DNA from: SAR202 cluster bacterium
GTDB lineage: Bacteria; Chloroflexota; Dehalococcoidia; Lucifugimonadales; VGZR01
Direction: 5' to 3'
Assembly: GCA_016872515.1 (NCBI GenBank)
Contig: VGZR01000002.1
Coordinates: forward strand, 1,136-65,135
DNA length: 64,000 nucleotides
The position numbers and the translations under genes are program-made. The stretch's first letter is position 1; each line of letters opens with the position of its first letter. The notes beneath the pieces were generated by a model. That model was not told where the DNA came from and did no database searches. It saw only the letters and a list, made by a program, of their open reading frames with translations. Shown here in pieces: positions 18,363-29,646 of this stretch.

Positions 18363-19769
18363 CTAGTTCTTCCACTCCCGGATGTCCACGAAGTGGCCGG
18401 CAATGGCGGCGGCGGCGGCCATCTGGGGGCTGACGAGGTGGGTGCGGCCGCCCTTGCCTTGGCGGCCCTCAAAGTTGCGGTTGGACGTGGACGCGCAGCG
18501 CTCACCCGGCTTGAGGATGTCGGGGTTCATGCCGAGGCACATGGAGCAGCCAGCGACGCGCCAGTCGAACCCAGCATCCTTAAAGATGCGGTCAAGGCCC
18601 TCAGCCTCGGCCTGCTTCTTGACGGCGGCCGAGCCGGGGACGACCATCGCGTACACATGTTCGTTGACTTTGCGGCCCTTGACCACCGTGGCGGCGGCCC
18701 TCAGGTCTTCGATGCGAGAGTTGGTGCAGGAGCCGAGGAATACACGGTCTATCTTGATCTTCTGGATGGGGATATCCGGCTCAAGGCCCATGTACTCCAA
18801 AGCGCGCTCGGCGGACTGCCGGTCGCCCGCGTCGGCGTAGGCGGCAGGGTCGGGGACGCAGCCCGAGACAGGCGCCACCATGCCGGGGTTGGTGCCCCAG
18901 GAGACGAATGGTTCCAGCTTCTTGGCTTCGATGACGACGCGGCTGTCGTGCTTGGCTCCGGAGTCGGTGGCGACCTTGCGCCACTGCTCGACAGCGGCCT
19001 CAAACTCCTTGCCTAGTGGTGCGTGCGGACGGCCTCGCATGTAAGCGAAGGTGGTCTCGTCGGGGGCGACCATGCCGGCGCGGGCGCCGCCTTCGATGGA
19101 CATGTTGCAGACGGTCATGCGACCCTCCATGGACAGTCCGCGGACGCCCTCTCCCGTGTACTCGATAACATGGCCGCGCCCACCGGAGACGCCGATCTGG
19201 CCGATGATGGCCAGGATGAGGTCTTTGGCCGTCACGCCGAAGGGCAGGGGGCCGTTGACGTGGACCTCCATCGTCTTGGGCTTGGTTTGCCGGATGGTCT
19301 GCGTGGCCAGGACGTGCTCGACCTCGGACGTGCCGATGCCCAAGGCGAATGCGCCGAACGCGCCGTGGGTAGAGGTATGGCTGTCGCCGCAGACGATGAC
19401 CTTGCCTGGCTGGGTGTAGCCCTGCTCCGGCGCGATGACGTGGACGATTCCCTGGAGCGGGCTGAAGCGGTCGTATAGGGTGACGCCGGACTCGCGGCAG
19501 TTGGCGGCAAGGGTGTCGAGCTGCTGCTTGGCGATGGGGTCGGTGACGGGCAGCGACAGGTCCCAGGTGGGCGTGTTGTGGTCCGCTGTGGCGACGGTAA
19601 GGTCGGGCCGACGCACCTTGAGCCCAGCCAGCCGGAGACCTTCAAATGCCTGAGGGGACGTCACCTCATGCACTAGGTGGAGGTCAACGTAGAGTAGCGT
19701 TGGTTGCCCAGGCTCCGCGTGAACCACGTGGGAGTCCCAGATCTTTTCAAACATCGTCTTGGGCGGCAT
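18363..19769 (-). CDS. leuC: 3-isopropylmalate dehydratase large subunit
   Basis: 468 aa aconitase-family protein: [11 protein letters not shown]...[29 protein letters not shown], and the CSMCLGMN / [12 protein letters not shown] cluster-ligand regions. Confidence 0.9.
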   Translation of the reverse strand: MPPKTMFEKIWDSHVVHAEPGQPTLLYVDLHLVHEVTSPQAFEGLRLAGLKVRRPDLTVATADHNTPTWDLSLPVTDPIAKQQLDTLAANCRESGVTLYDRFSPLQGIVHVIAPEQGYTQPGKVIVCGDSHTSTHGAFGAFALGIGTSEVEHVLATQTIRQTKPKTMEVHVNGPLPFGVTAKDLILAIIGQIGVSGGRGHVIEYTGEGVRGLSMEGRMTVCNMSIEGGARAGMVAPDETTFAYMRGRPHAPLGKEFEAAVEQWRKVATDSGAKHDSRVVIEAKKLEPFVSWGTNPGMVAPVSGCVPDPAAYADAGDRQSAERALEYMGLEPDIPIQKIKIDRVFLGSCTNSRIEDLRAAATVVKGRKVNEHVYAMVVPGSAAVKKQAEAEGLDRIFKDAGFDWRVAGCSMCLGMNPDILKPGERCASTSNRNFEGRQGKGGRTHLVSPQMAAAAAIAGHFVDIREWKN

Positions 19770-19807
19770 GTGTTCCTTCCAGCTTCTGTGTCTGTTGGAA
19801 AACGAGG

Positions 19808-21376
<1,569 letters not shown>

Positions 21377-21450
21377 TGCTGTTTCTCCTTGGTGGTTGAT
21401 GTCTTCGACCGTTCGAGTGCCCCGTCGGTGTCTGCGGACGAGGGTGAACT

Positions 21451-21488
21451 ATCAAGTTGACTTGACAAGTTATTAAAGTCAACTTGAT
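21451..21488. promoter_or_regulatory. AT-rich nested palindrome (candidate operator/promoter element) in the ilvC-leuA spacer
   Basis: Perfect 13-bp inverted repeat ATCAAGTTGACTT (21451-21463) / AAGTCAACTTGAT (21476-21488) around a 12-nt spacer. The pentamer CAAGT/ACTTG occurs four times and a TTGACA hexamer lies at 21462-21467. It stands out as AT-rich in a GC-rich genome. Confidence 0.4.
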
Positions 21489-21628
21489 AAATCTGCCTGG
21501 TCTATGGTCGAAGGACAACGCAGTCCGCCCAGCCGAGCCGTGCTACGACCCGGCCGTTGCGGCGGACTACGCAGTCAACCTCCAAATAACGCCCCGCGTT
21601 TCTCCTCGCCATATCTATCAGGCTCCCA

Positions 21629-22627
21629 TTAGTCGGGGTTCTTCAAGAAGCTCATCATGCCCCGGAGCTCCTTGCCGACCTTCTCGATGGGATGTGTGCT
21701 GTTCTCCTCGCGCAGCTTGTAGAACCGCGGCCGGCCCTCGTCGTTCTCCGCGATCCACTCCTTGGCGAAGCTGCCGTCCTGGACGGCCTTGAGCACCTTT
21801 TTCATGTTCTGACGGACATGCTCGTCAATAATCATCGGGCCGCGCGTGTAGTCGCCATACTCGGCGGTGTCGCTGACGGAGTGGCGCATGTAGCTCAGAC
21901 CGCCCTGGTACATCAGGTCAACGATGAGCTTCAACTCGTGGAGGCACTCGAAGTAGGCCGACTCGGGCTGATAACCCGCCTCAACCAGGGTCTCGTATGC
22001 CGTCTTGACGAGCGCGCTGACGCCACCGCAGAGGACCGCCTGCTCGCCGAACAGGTCGGTCTCGGTTTCCTCCTTAAAGGTTGTCTCCAGGACACCGGCG
22101 CGGGTGCAGCCGACACCGCGTGCGTAGGCCAGGGCAACGGCCTTGGCCTTGCCGGAAACGTCCTGGTGGAGAGCCAGCAGGCCGGGGACGCCCGAACCCT
22201 TCTCGAAGACTTCGCGCATCCGGTGGCCGGGCGCCTTGGGAGCCACCATAGAGACGTCAACCGTCTTGGGGGGGATAATGGTCTTGTAGTGGATATTGAA
22301 GCCATGGGCGAACATGAGGGTCTTGCCCGGCGTCAGGTGGGGCAGGATGGCCTCGCGGTACACGTCACGCTGGGTGTGGTCGGGGATGAGCATCATGATG
22401 ATGTCGGAGTCACGAGCAACGTCGGCTACCAAGCCGACCTTGAGACCCTTCTTCTCGGCCTCAGGCCAGCTCTTGCTGCCCTTGTACAGGCCAACCAGCA
22501 CCTTATGACCATTGTCTTTGAGATTCAGTGCATGTGCGTGCCCCTGGCTGCCGTAGCCGATGATGCCGATGGTCTTGCCCTTGAGCAGGGAAGGATCGGC
22601 GTCGTTTTCGTAATACATCTTCGTCAT
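21629..22627 (-). CDS. ilvC: ketol-acid reductoisomerase
   Basis: [40 protein letters not shown]... is a canonical class I KARI sequence. Confidence 0.92.
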   Translation of the reverse strand: MTKMYYENDADPSLLKGKTIGIIGYGSQGHAHALNLKDNGHKVLVGLYKGSKSWPEAEKKGLKVGLVADVARDSDIIMMLIPDHTQRDVYREAILPHLTPGKTLMFAHGFNIHYKTIIPPKTVDVSMVAPKAPGHRMREVFEKGSGVPGLLALHQDVSGKAKAVALAYARGVGCTRAGVLETTFKEETETDLFGEQAVLCGGVSALVKTAYETLVEAGYQPESAYFECLHELKLIVDLMYQGGLSYMRHSVSDTAEYGDYTRGPMIIDEHVRQNMKKVLKAVQDGSFAKEWIAENDEGRPRFYKLREENSTHPIEKVGKELRGMMSFLKNPD

Positions 22628-22680
22628 GCTTTGATTCCTCTCCTAACAACAGCTGGGTTACAGGTATCCCTTGCTCGGCT

Positions 22681-23268
22681 TTAGCCGCCCGACCTATCGG
22701 TCCAGGTAGCGCGAGAGCTGGGTGTAGCGCTGGGGCGGCGGGGACGCGCCTCGTCGGTGCGGGCGCCAGTAGCCATGCCCCGGTTCATCGCGATGGTGCC
22801 GGTGCGCATCACCTCAACGACGCCGAAGGGCTTGAGCAGATTCTGGAGCGACTCCACCTTGTCTTGGTCGCCGGTGACCTCGACGACGACCGAATCGGGA
22901 GCAACATCTACAACATTGGCGCGGAAGATTCCGACAATCTGCATGATTTCGTTGCGGGTTTGGGCGTTCGCGCTGACGCGGATGAGGGCCAATTCGCGCT
23001 CCACAGTGTTGGCATTGGAGATGTCCGACACTTTGATGACATCTATGAGCTTATGCATGTGCTTGGTGACCTGCTCGACGGTGGTGTCATCGCCCTCGAC
23101 GACGAAGGTCATCCGTGAGAGGCCAGCGACCTCGCTCTGACCGACGGCCAAGCTGGCGATGTTGAAGCCCCGGCGGCGGAACATGCTCACAACTCGGTTA
23201 AGCACGCCAGGCCTGTCCTCCACCAACGCGGTGATGGTGTGTTTGGGCAAAGCGCTGTCAGTGGTCAT
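22681..23268 (-). CDS. ilvN: acetolactate synthase small (regulatory) subunit
   Basis: ACT domain HTITALVEDRPGVLNRVVSMFRRRGFNIASLAVG. The start overlaps the ilvB stop by 4 nt. Confidence 0.85.
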   Translation of the reverse strand: MTTDSALPKHTITALVEDRPGVLNRVVSMFRRRGFNIASLAVGQSEVAGLSRMTFVVEGDDTTVEQVTKHMHKLIDVIKVSDISNANTVERELALIRVSANAQTRNEIMQIVGIFRANVVDVAPDSVVVEVTGDQDKVESLQNLLKPFGVVEVMRTGTIAMNRGMATGARTDEARPRRPSATPSSRATWTDRSGG

Positions 23269-24965
23269 CGGCGTGACTCCTGACGGTGGGGCCTAGGTTC
23301 CTCAATCATGTCGTGGATAGTCTGGCCGGAGGGGATGAACGGATAGACGTTCTCTTCCTGTTCGACGATGAAGTCAACGATGGCCGGGCCGTCGTAAGCC
23401 ATCGCCCGTTGGATGGCGCCGCGCACCTGGGACTTGTCGGTGACCTTGAGGCCAAGACAGCCGAAGGCATCGCCTAGCTTGGCGAAATCGGGGTTGCGGG
23501 TGTAGCTAGTGGCGACATACCGCCGCTGGTAGAAGGCCTCCTGCCACTGGCGCACCATGCCAAGGAAGCCGTTGTTGATGATGGCGAATTTGACGGGGAT
23601 GCGGTTCTCGACCATGGTTGCGACCTCGGACATGGTCATCTGGAAGCCGCCATCGCCAGCAACTGACCAAACGACCTTGTCGGGCCGGCCCACCTGGGCG
23701 CCCAAGGCGCCTGGGACCTCATAGCCCATGGCGCCTGAGCCTCCAGACGAGACGAAGCTGCGTGGTTCTTTGAAAACATAGTGCTGGGCTGCCCACATCT
23801 GGTGCTGGCCCACGCCGGTGACGATGATGGCCTCGCCGTTGGTGGCTTCGGATATCTCTTTGATGACGCACTGCGGGATGAGTTTGTCTGTTTCGCGCAC
23901 CAAGTGAGAAGGGTGCTGGCGCTTCAGTTCCTCGACACGGCCCAGCCACTCTACATGCACTGCAGCATCCACATGCTTGTTCAGCATCCGCAGCACACGC
24001 TTCAAATCGCCCACGATGGGCACGTCCACCTTCACGTTTTTACCAATCTCCGACGGGTCTATGTCTATATGAATCTTCTTGGAGTTGGCAGCAAACGCGC
24101 TGGGCTTGCCGATGATGCGGTCATCGAAACGCATCCCCAGGGCGATGACCAGGTCGGCCTCCTCGATGGCCCAGCTGGCGTAAGCCATCCCGTGCATCCC
24201 CGGCATGCCGACGCACAGCACGTGGTCCTCGGGGAAACAACTTATCCCCAATAGGGTGGTGATGACGGGTATCTGCGCCTTCTCAGCCAGATCTCGCAAC
24301 TCCTCGTAGGCGCCAGAGAGGATGATGCCGTGGCCGGCGAGGATGACCGGGCGCTTGGCTTCGTTGATGAGCTTGGCGGCTTTCTTGACCTGGCTTGGGT
24401 GGCCATCCAGCGTCGGCTTGTAGCCGGGAAGGTCGAGCGAGTCAGGGTAGTCGAAGTCGGCCTTCTCGGTGAAGACATCCTTGGGTATGTCTATCAAGAC
24501 CGGGCCCGGCCGGCCTGTGGAGGCGATATGGAACGCCTCCTTGACCACGCGGCCGATGTCGGCAGCGCTCATGACCAGGTAGTTGTGTTTGGTGATCGGC
24601 AAAGTGATGCCGGTGATGTCAGTTTCTTGGAAGGCGTCGGAGCCGATGGCGGCGCGCGCCACCTGGCCGGTCACCGCAACCATCGGAACGGAGTCCATCT
24701 GAGCGGTGGCGATACCGGTGACCAGGTTTGTGGCACCCGGCCCGGAGGTTGCCCAGGCGACGCCGGGCCGACCGGTGACGCGGGCGTAGCCGTCGGCGGC
24801 ATGGGCGGCGCCCTGCTCGTGGCGCATCAGGATGTGGCGAAGAGCCGGATACTGGGGCAGTGTCTGGTAGAGGGGCAGGATGGCTCCGCCGGGGAGGCCA
24901 AAGATGACGTCCACGCCCTCGCGCAACATACTCTCACACAGGATCTGCGCGCCTGTCAGCTTCAT
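23265..24965 (-). CDS. ilvB: acetolactate synthase large (catalytic) subunit
   Basis: ThDP enzyme: GAQILCESMLREGVDVIFGLPGGAILPLY and the GDGGFQM ThDP motif. The start is preferred at ATG 24965 (AAGGAAGG SD 4 nt upstream); ATG 24986 is the alternative. Confidence 0.9.
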   Translation of the reverse strand: MKLTGAQILCESMLREGVDVIFGLPGGAILPLYQTLPQYPALRHILMRHEQGAAHAADGYARVTGRPGVAWATSGPGATNLVTGIATAQMDSVPMVAVTGQVARAAIGSDAFQETDITGITLPITKHNYLVMSAADIGRVVKEAFHIASTGRPGPVLIDIPKDVFTEKADFDYPDSLDLPGYKPTLDGHPSQVKKAAKLINEAKRPVILAGHGIILSGAYEELRDLAEKAQIPVITTLLGISCFPEDHVLCVGMPGMHGMAYASWAIEEADLVIALGMRFDDRIIGKPSAFAANSKKIHIDIDPSEIGKNVKVDVPIVGDLKRVLRMLNKHVDAAVHVEWLGRVEELKRQHPSHLVRETDKLIPQCVIKEISEATNGEAIIVTGVGQHQMWAAQHYVFKEPRSFVSSGGSGAMGYEVPGALGAQVGRPDKVVWSVAGDGGFQMTMSEVATMVENRIPVKFAIINNGFLGMVRQWQEAFYQRRYVATSYTRNPDFAKLGDAFGCLGLKVTDKSQVRGAIQRAMAYDGPAIVDFIVEQEENVYPFIPSGQTIHDMIEEPRPHRQESRR

Positions 24966-25005
24966 ACTACCTTCCTTATTCGCCATTCCACTCTAGCCTA
25001 ACAAC

Positions 25006-25034
25006 AAAAAATCCCGTCCCCAAAGGGACGGGAC
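25006..25034 (-). terminator. rho-independent terminator of the T-box leader
   Basis: Minus strand (G)UCCCGUCCC-UUUG-GGGACGGGA followed by UUUUUU. The A-run on the plus strand is 25006-25011. Confidence 0.85.
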
Positions 25035-25273
25035 GTCTCGATTTCTCGAAGGCCGCTCCCGCGGTGCCACCCTAATTGTCCCGACTCGCCGGGACCTCCT
25101 CGTTCGACGATAACGGTGTCCGCCGCCAGCCCTACTTACCCGGTTGAGGTTCAGGCTAGGTGCTCCAGGGCGAGTTCACGGGGCCTATGGCGCCGGGTTT
25201 CCACCGTCTCCGGCTCTCTTTAGCCCAGGTTCCCGCTACTACTCCCTTTCAGCGCACGGTATGCTCTCAACCA
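25006..25273 (-). promoter_or_regulatory. T-box riboswitch leader, Leu-specific (specifier CUC), controlling ilvB-ilvN-ilvC(-leu)
   Basis: Read on the minus strand:
- Stem I start GCGCUGAAAGGGAGUAGUAGC.
- AG-bulge/distal-loop elements AAAGAGAGCC...GGUGGAAA.
- Specifier loop GUGAA-CUC-G...GGAGCA, with CUC at 25174..25172.
- CCGUUA at 25116..25111.
- T-box sequence AAUUAGGGUGGCACCGCG at 25077..25060.
- An intrinsic terminator 40 nt before the ilvB ATG. Confidence 0.85.
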
Positions 25274-25279
25274 AGACTT

Positions 25280-25308
25280 AGTCTATCACGCCCCGCAAGG
25301 CGAGTCAA
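25280..25308 (-). promoter_or_regulatory. candidate sigma-70-type promoter of the ilv T-box leader
   Basis: Minus strand TTGACT (25308..25303), a 17-nt spacer, then TAGACT (25285..25280). This places the transcription start a few nt before Stem I. Confidence 0.5.
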
Positions 25309-25340
25309 ACGCGGCAACGACGAGTTGAGAGACAAACGGG

Positions 25341-26258
25341 CTAGCGCAAGACGTAGCCCTGGCCACGGACAGGGTGGATGATGCGCGCGTGACCCCTCAA
25401 CTCCAACTTCCGGCGTAGGTGCATCACCGTTGCGTCCACGGCTTCCGTTTGGACAGCATTCGGACCACCCCACACTTGCCGCGTCAGGTCGTCCTTGGAG
25501 AGTGTCTTTTCAGGCTGACGCAGGAAACAGGCCACAAGATCGTACTCCAGAGGCGTCAGGTCGAGTTCCACTATGCCGCGGAAGACCTGTCGAGTTCGGG
25601 GATAGATTGCGAGATCCGCGTACTGCATAGGCCGCTCACCAGGCTTGGCAGTGCCATCGCCAGGCAGTGGTTCCGCAGCGCTGGTGGAACGGGCCTGACG
25701 GAGGAGTACCTGGGCAAGACGGCCATCTTCCCAGGTCAGGACGCCTTGGTGGACGAAGGCGTCGTAGGACGTGAGGTCTTGTTCGGTGAACAGTTTGTTC
25801 CTGTGGAATACGATGGCTCCGCACACTTGGTCATCTATCTTGATAGGACAGACAAGACCGTACCTAAGCCCGCCAAGGCGAAACGCGATGGACACGATGA
25901 GCGGATGGACGATGCCGGCGGCCAAGCGTTCCACCGGCGCGGCCACGGTGTAGCCTTGCTGATAGCTCATACGGCTGAACTCGTTGACGCCCGAATGGAA
26001 CGTGATGCCAGCGACGGTGAAGTTGGGAAAGCGGCGGCGGATGACGGCCAGCCCGCGTAGGAACGCTTGGGAACGCCAGCCTGCCATGCCCACCACTTCG
26101 ACCAGGCCGGTGCCTGGCTCGTGTCGAGCCAGGCTGACGTAGCGGACACCCATGGCCTCGCGAGCACAATCGAGGATGTCATGGTAGCTTCCCCAGTCCT
26201 CAACGCGAGGCGGCGTCCCTGATTCCATCCGTGCTGTCGGCACGCTCTTGTTCAACAT
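25341..26258 (-). CDS. one-component regulator: GAF-like sensor domain fused to an OmpR/PhoB-type winged-helix DNA-binding domain (no receiver domain)
   Basis: - C-terminus: LDLTPLEYDLVACFLRQPEKTLSKDDLTRQVWGGPN...VDATVMHLRRKLE...IHPVRGQGYVLR matches Trans_reg_C.
- The preceding ~200 aa end in CGAIVFHRNKLFTEQDLTSYDAFVHQ, which is GAF-like.
- Start taken at ATG 26258; ATG 26228 is an alternative.
- The rest of the 591-aa raw ORF is antisense to the LLM gene and is rejected. Confidence 0.65.
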   Translation of the reverse strand: MLNKSVPTARMESGTPPRVEDWGSYHDILDCAREAMGVRYVSLARHEPGTGLVEVVGMAGWRSQAFLRGLAVIRRRFPNFTVAGITFHSGVNEFSRMSYQQGYTVAAPVERLAAGIVHPLIVSIAFRLGGLRYGLVCPIKIDDQVCGAIVFHRNKLFTEQDLTSYDAFVHQGVLTWEDGRLAQVLLRQARSTSAAEPLPGDGTAKPGERPMQYADLAIYPRTRQVFRGIVELDLTPLEYDLVACFLRQPEKTLSKDDLTRQVWGGPNAVQTEAVDATVMHLRRKLELRGHARIIHPVRGQGYVLR

Positions 26259-26462
26259 TTGAGTTGGAGTCTCGGCTCTTAGCTTAAGGTATCTGGACGA
26301 ATGAATGGATTGCGGGATCTCTGTAGGTAGTTCACCTGATGCCACGCATTCCAGGCAGCGCTTGCTGTGGACAGTTGCACCCCAATAAAATGGGCGCGTT
26401 GTCATAAGAATGTTCTCCGGACCGGTCTGCACCGACCGTCGCGGAGATTTGGTGGAGATGAC

Positions 26463-27566
26463 ATGAAGGCTGGACTGCTCATCATGGGCAACCACGCGCC
26501 GGAGCGGAGCAAGCTCCAGGCGCATCAATGGGACCTCGACACCATCATCATGGGCGACAAGATGGGGTACGAAGAGGTCTGGATAGGCGAGCATTTCGCC
26601 GCCCTGTGGGAGCCGCTCCCCACGGCCGAGTTCATCATCACCCAGGCGTTGATGAAAACGAAGAGGATCAGGCTGGGAACAGGGGTCTATCTCCTCCCAT
26701 TCCACCACCCGGTGGACCTCGCCCACCGCATCAGCTATCTCGACCACCTGTCGCAAGGCCGGATCATGATAGGGATCGGCTCCGGCGCTCTGCCGGTGGA
26801 TATCCGGCTGTTCAACATCAACTACGAGGCGGGACAGCACCGCGAGATGACCCGCGAGGCGCTGGAGGTCATGCTGTTCCTGTGGCAGGCGAAGGGGCCG
26901 TCCCAATATAAGGGCAAGTACTGGACGGTGAACGTGCCGAGCGACGACGAGTTCGCACACATGAAGCTGAAGATTAACTGCGAACCCTTCACGAAGCCGC
27001 ACCCGCCCATCGCGGTGGCGGCGGGTAGCCCGCACTCCCAAACGCTGAAGCTGGCGGGGGAGCGCGGCTACATCCCGCTGACGCTCGGCCTCGGCTCGGC
27101 GTATCTGGCAAGCCAATGGGACTCGCTGGAAGAGGGGGCGAGGGCCGCAGGCCGCAAGCCCCCGCCGCGCAGCACATGGCGTGTGGTGCGTGACGTGTGG
27201 ATAGATGATACCGACGAGAAGGCGTTCAAAGCCGTGCGCAAGGGGATGATGTGGCGAGCGTGGACGGAGTACCTCTATCCGGTCTGGTCATCGGGGCCGC
27301 AGCCCATCATCCCGAGCATGAAGCACGACGTCAGCGTCCCCGACAGCGCCGTAACGATGAACTACATCCTGGAGAATGTGTGGCTGGTGGGCAGCCCGGA
27401 CACCGTGGCCCGCAAGCTGCGGGAGCTTTACAACATGGCCGGGGGATTCGGGATGATTCTCTTGATGGTGCTCGACCACTTCGATGACCCGAAGGGGTGG
27501 GAGAAGACAATGCGCCTCTTCAAGGAAGAGGTCATGCCCCGGGTAGCAGACCTGAAACCCAAGTAG
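26463..27566 (+). CDS. LLM-class flavin-dependent oxidoreductase/monooxygenase
   Basis: Paralogous to 389..1471: GYEEVWIGEHF, GTGV...PFHHP, IGIGSGA. The start is at ATG 26463 behind GGTGGAGATGAC, not at the raw-ORF ATG 26367. Confidence 0.85.
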   Translation: MKAGLLIMGNHAPERSKLQAHQWDLDTIIMGDKMGYEEVWIGEHFAALWEPLPTAEFIITQALMKTKRIRLGTGVYLLPFHHPVDLAHRISYLDHLSQGRIMIGIGSGALPVDIRLFNINYEAGQHREMTREALEVMLFLWQAKGPSQYKGKYWTVNVPSDDEFAHMKLKINCEPFTKPHPPIAVAAGSPHSQTLKLAGERGYIPLTLGLGSAYLASQWDSLEEGARAAGRKPPPRSTWRVVRDVWIDDTDEKAFKAVRKGMMWRAWTEYLYPVWSSGPQPIIPSMKHDVSVPDSAVTMNYILENVWLVGSPDTVARKLRELYNMAGGFGMILLMVLDHFDDPKGWEKTMRLFKEEVMPRVADLKPK

Positions 27567-27582
27567 GCCAAACTAGGAGGAT

Positions 27583-28521
27583 ATGATGGCCAACCCGCTC
27601 GTCATTGACGTGCACGTGCACTTCTTCGCGTCGCGGCGCGAGGGCAGGGAGCAGGTGAACTCGTACCAAGGCACGGAGTTCGGCGGGCCGCCCGTGCCAC
27701 CGTATTGTAAGTACGACGGTGTGCTGGAGGACGTGCTGGACAACATGAAGGTGTCCAAGGCGTCCAAGGCCATCATGGTCCACTACTACCTCGGCGGACT
27801 CGACCGGTACAGCTACGTCTCGAAGTTGCCTGTGGCAAAGCGCGAGCAGGCCCTCAAGGAGTTCAGCGCGACCCACAAGGACGCCTTAAAGCGTTCGAAC
27901 TACTGGGCCTGCGAGGTGCTCAAGCCGCACAAGAACCTGCTGCCGTACGTGTTCGTGGACCCGTGGATCCTCGGCCCGAAGGATGCGGCGGACCACCTGA
28001 CCGACCTGGCCAAGCGGCACGGCGCCAAAGGCATCAAGCTCCACGCGCCATCGCAGATGTTCTCGATGGGCGATAAGCGGATGTGGCCGGTGTACGAGAC
28101 ATGCCGCGACCTCGACTTGGGCATCATCGCCCACTCGGGCACATCGGTGGGCCGGACACAGTACGGCGACCCGAAGGCGTTCGTGCCGGTGCTGAAGGCG
28201 TTCCCGAAGCTGAAGCTGGTGATGGCGCACCTGGGCAACGGCTCGTGGCGCCAGACGGTGGAAGTGGCGAAGGCGCAGCCCAACGCGGTCTTCGACACAT
28301 GCGAGCTCATCGAGTGGCTCGGCAGGCCTGGCTCACCGACCCGACAGGAGTTCGCGCAAATCATCAAGGACATAGGCCCGCAGCGGGTGATGCTGGCGTC
28401 GGACTTCCCTTGGTGGGACACAAAGCACGTGGCCGATACTGTCCTCGGTCTGCCGGTGCTCTCCACGTCGGAGAAGGAAGGCATCCTGGGAGCGAACGCG
28501 GCCCGCTTCTTCGGCTTTTAA
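27583..28521 (+). CDS. amidohydrolase-2 family (TIM-barrel metal-dependent hydrolase/decarboxylase)
   Basis: VIDVHVHFF at the N-terminus, GIKLH, IIAHSG, VMAHLG and ASDFPW, the characteristic His/Asp ladder of PF04909-type enzymes. It starts 17 nt after the LLM gene, with an AGGAGG SD. Confidence 0.75.
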   Translation: MMANPLVIDVHVHFFASRREGREQVNSYQGTEFGGPPVPPYCKYDGVLEDVLDNMKVSKASKAIMVHYYLGGLDRYSYVSKLPVAKREQALKEFSATHKDALKRSNYWACEVLKPHKNLLPYVFVDPWILGPKDAADHLTDLAKRHGAKGIKLHAPSQMFSMGDKRMWPVYETCRDLDLGIIAHSGTSVGRTQYGDPKAFVPVLKAFPKLKLVMAHLGNGSWRQTVEVAKAQPNAVFDTCELIEWLGRPGSPTRQEFAQIIKDIGPQRVMLASDFPWWDTKHVADTVLGLPVLSTSEKEGILGANAARFFGF

Positions 28522-28547
28522 CGGCCTTAACAAAAGGTCGAGCCGGA

Positions 28548-29646
28548 CTAGTCGGCGCCTGACCGCTCCCAGATAGAATTGTGATAGCCAGAAGGCGGCC
28601 GGAGCGCGTATGGTGCAGGTGACATGTCAAGCAATTTGAATTCGGGAAGACCGGCGCGATAGTCCTCCAGGGTGGTCTTTTTCAGGACACCGTGCTGTCC
28701 TGGCCCTGCCGCAAGTTCCTTACCTTCCATCCGCTCTCTCAAGTAGGCCATGCTGGCCTGCTTATTCACAAAGCTCAGGTAGTGCCGGACCACATCAGGC
28801 TCCATCTCCTGAAACGAGTTGGCGTTCCAAAAAAAGTCAAATGGCCTGGTTAACAGTGGGTATTGCCAATTGCCCAGTATGTAGATCCGTCCATCAGGGT
28901 TAGGTAACGTTGTAAGGCCTCGTGTTTCCTGGTACGAAGCTACGGCATCTGAGAATACGGTACTCAAATACTGGTAGCAGATATACAGACTCGGGGCCAG
29001 ATCGAATAGATAAAGGGTCAGCTCTGGATGCAGTTTCTTCAAAACCTCTGCTTGGCGTCCAGCACCCGACCCCAGTTCGACTACGGTTTGGATGCGCTCG
29101 AACTTGACATGCCGACAGCAGTAGGCATAGTTGATGTAGTAGTTCAGCATCGACCATGTGTAGTGGCGTCCATCAACCGAGATAGGATGTTCGGGGTTGC
29201 CGGCGAGAGAGCAGTCCAGATTTTCCAAACCTGCAGCCCCAGACTGCTGTCCGTACATCTGAGTAAACTCATAGGCAGCCGATCCGAGGTCGAGATGCAC
29301 CTAGCCCTTAGGTTCCGAAAGGGCCTTTTCGAGGCGGCGGTTCCCCCAGAGGAGTAGTCGCTCCCAGCCGGGCACCTTCATCGAGACACGGTTCCAGAGC
29401 CGTGTCAGGCGCAGGTCCCCCCCCGACAGAGAACCACGGATCCACTGCACCCAAACTTTGCAGGACGGAAGTGGTCCGTCGACGAAAGTCCTTGAGTCCG
29501 TTTGCACGCATCTCCTTCTCTATCGGCTCTTCATATGCAGCCCAATAGTTGGTGGGCTTGTATGGAGGCCGCGCGTCGCTCGCGTCACGGAGCATCAGGT
29601 CTAGGAGAGCGAGGTCGTCTTGGACTTGGAGACCAACTTGGCTCAT
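28548..29646 (-). pseudogene. class I SAM-dependent methyltransferase (putative sugar O-methyltransferase-like), disrupted by a frameshift in a G8 tract and an in-frame TAG
   Basis: - The N-terminal part (ORF 29308..29646: ...PYKPTNYWAAYEEPIEKEMRANGLKDFRRR...) turns into P/G-rich nonsense after the G8 run (plus-strand C8 at 29417-29424).
- Sense continues in the frame of ORF 29301..29507 (DLRLTRLWNRVSMKVPGWERLL...).
- That frame is the same as ORF 28548..29300 (SAM motif VVELGSGAGRQAEVLKK...LYLFDL).
- The two are separated only by TAG at 29301-29303. Confidence 0.55.

Noticed and set aside
21377-21628. Possible second T-box leader upstream of leuA
   Set aside because: There is no AAUUAGGGUGGNACCGCG-like element, no specifier-loop context and no U-tract terminator in the spacer. 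It is reported instead as a palindrome/stem-loop region.
26259-27116. N-terminal ~285 aa of the 591-aa minus-strand ORF 25341..27116
   Set aside because: This part is antisense to the well-supported LLM gene (26463..27566) and reads as junk. Only the C-terminal ~305 aa (GAF-like + OmpR wHTH) look real, so the start was moved to 26258.
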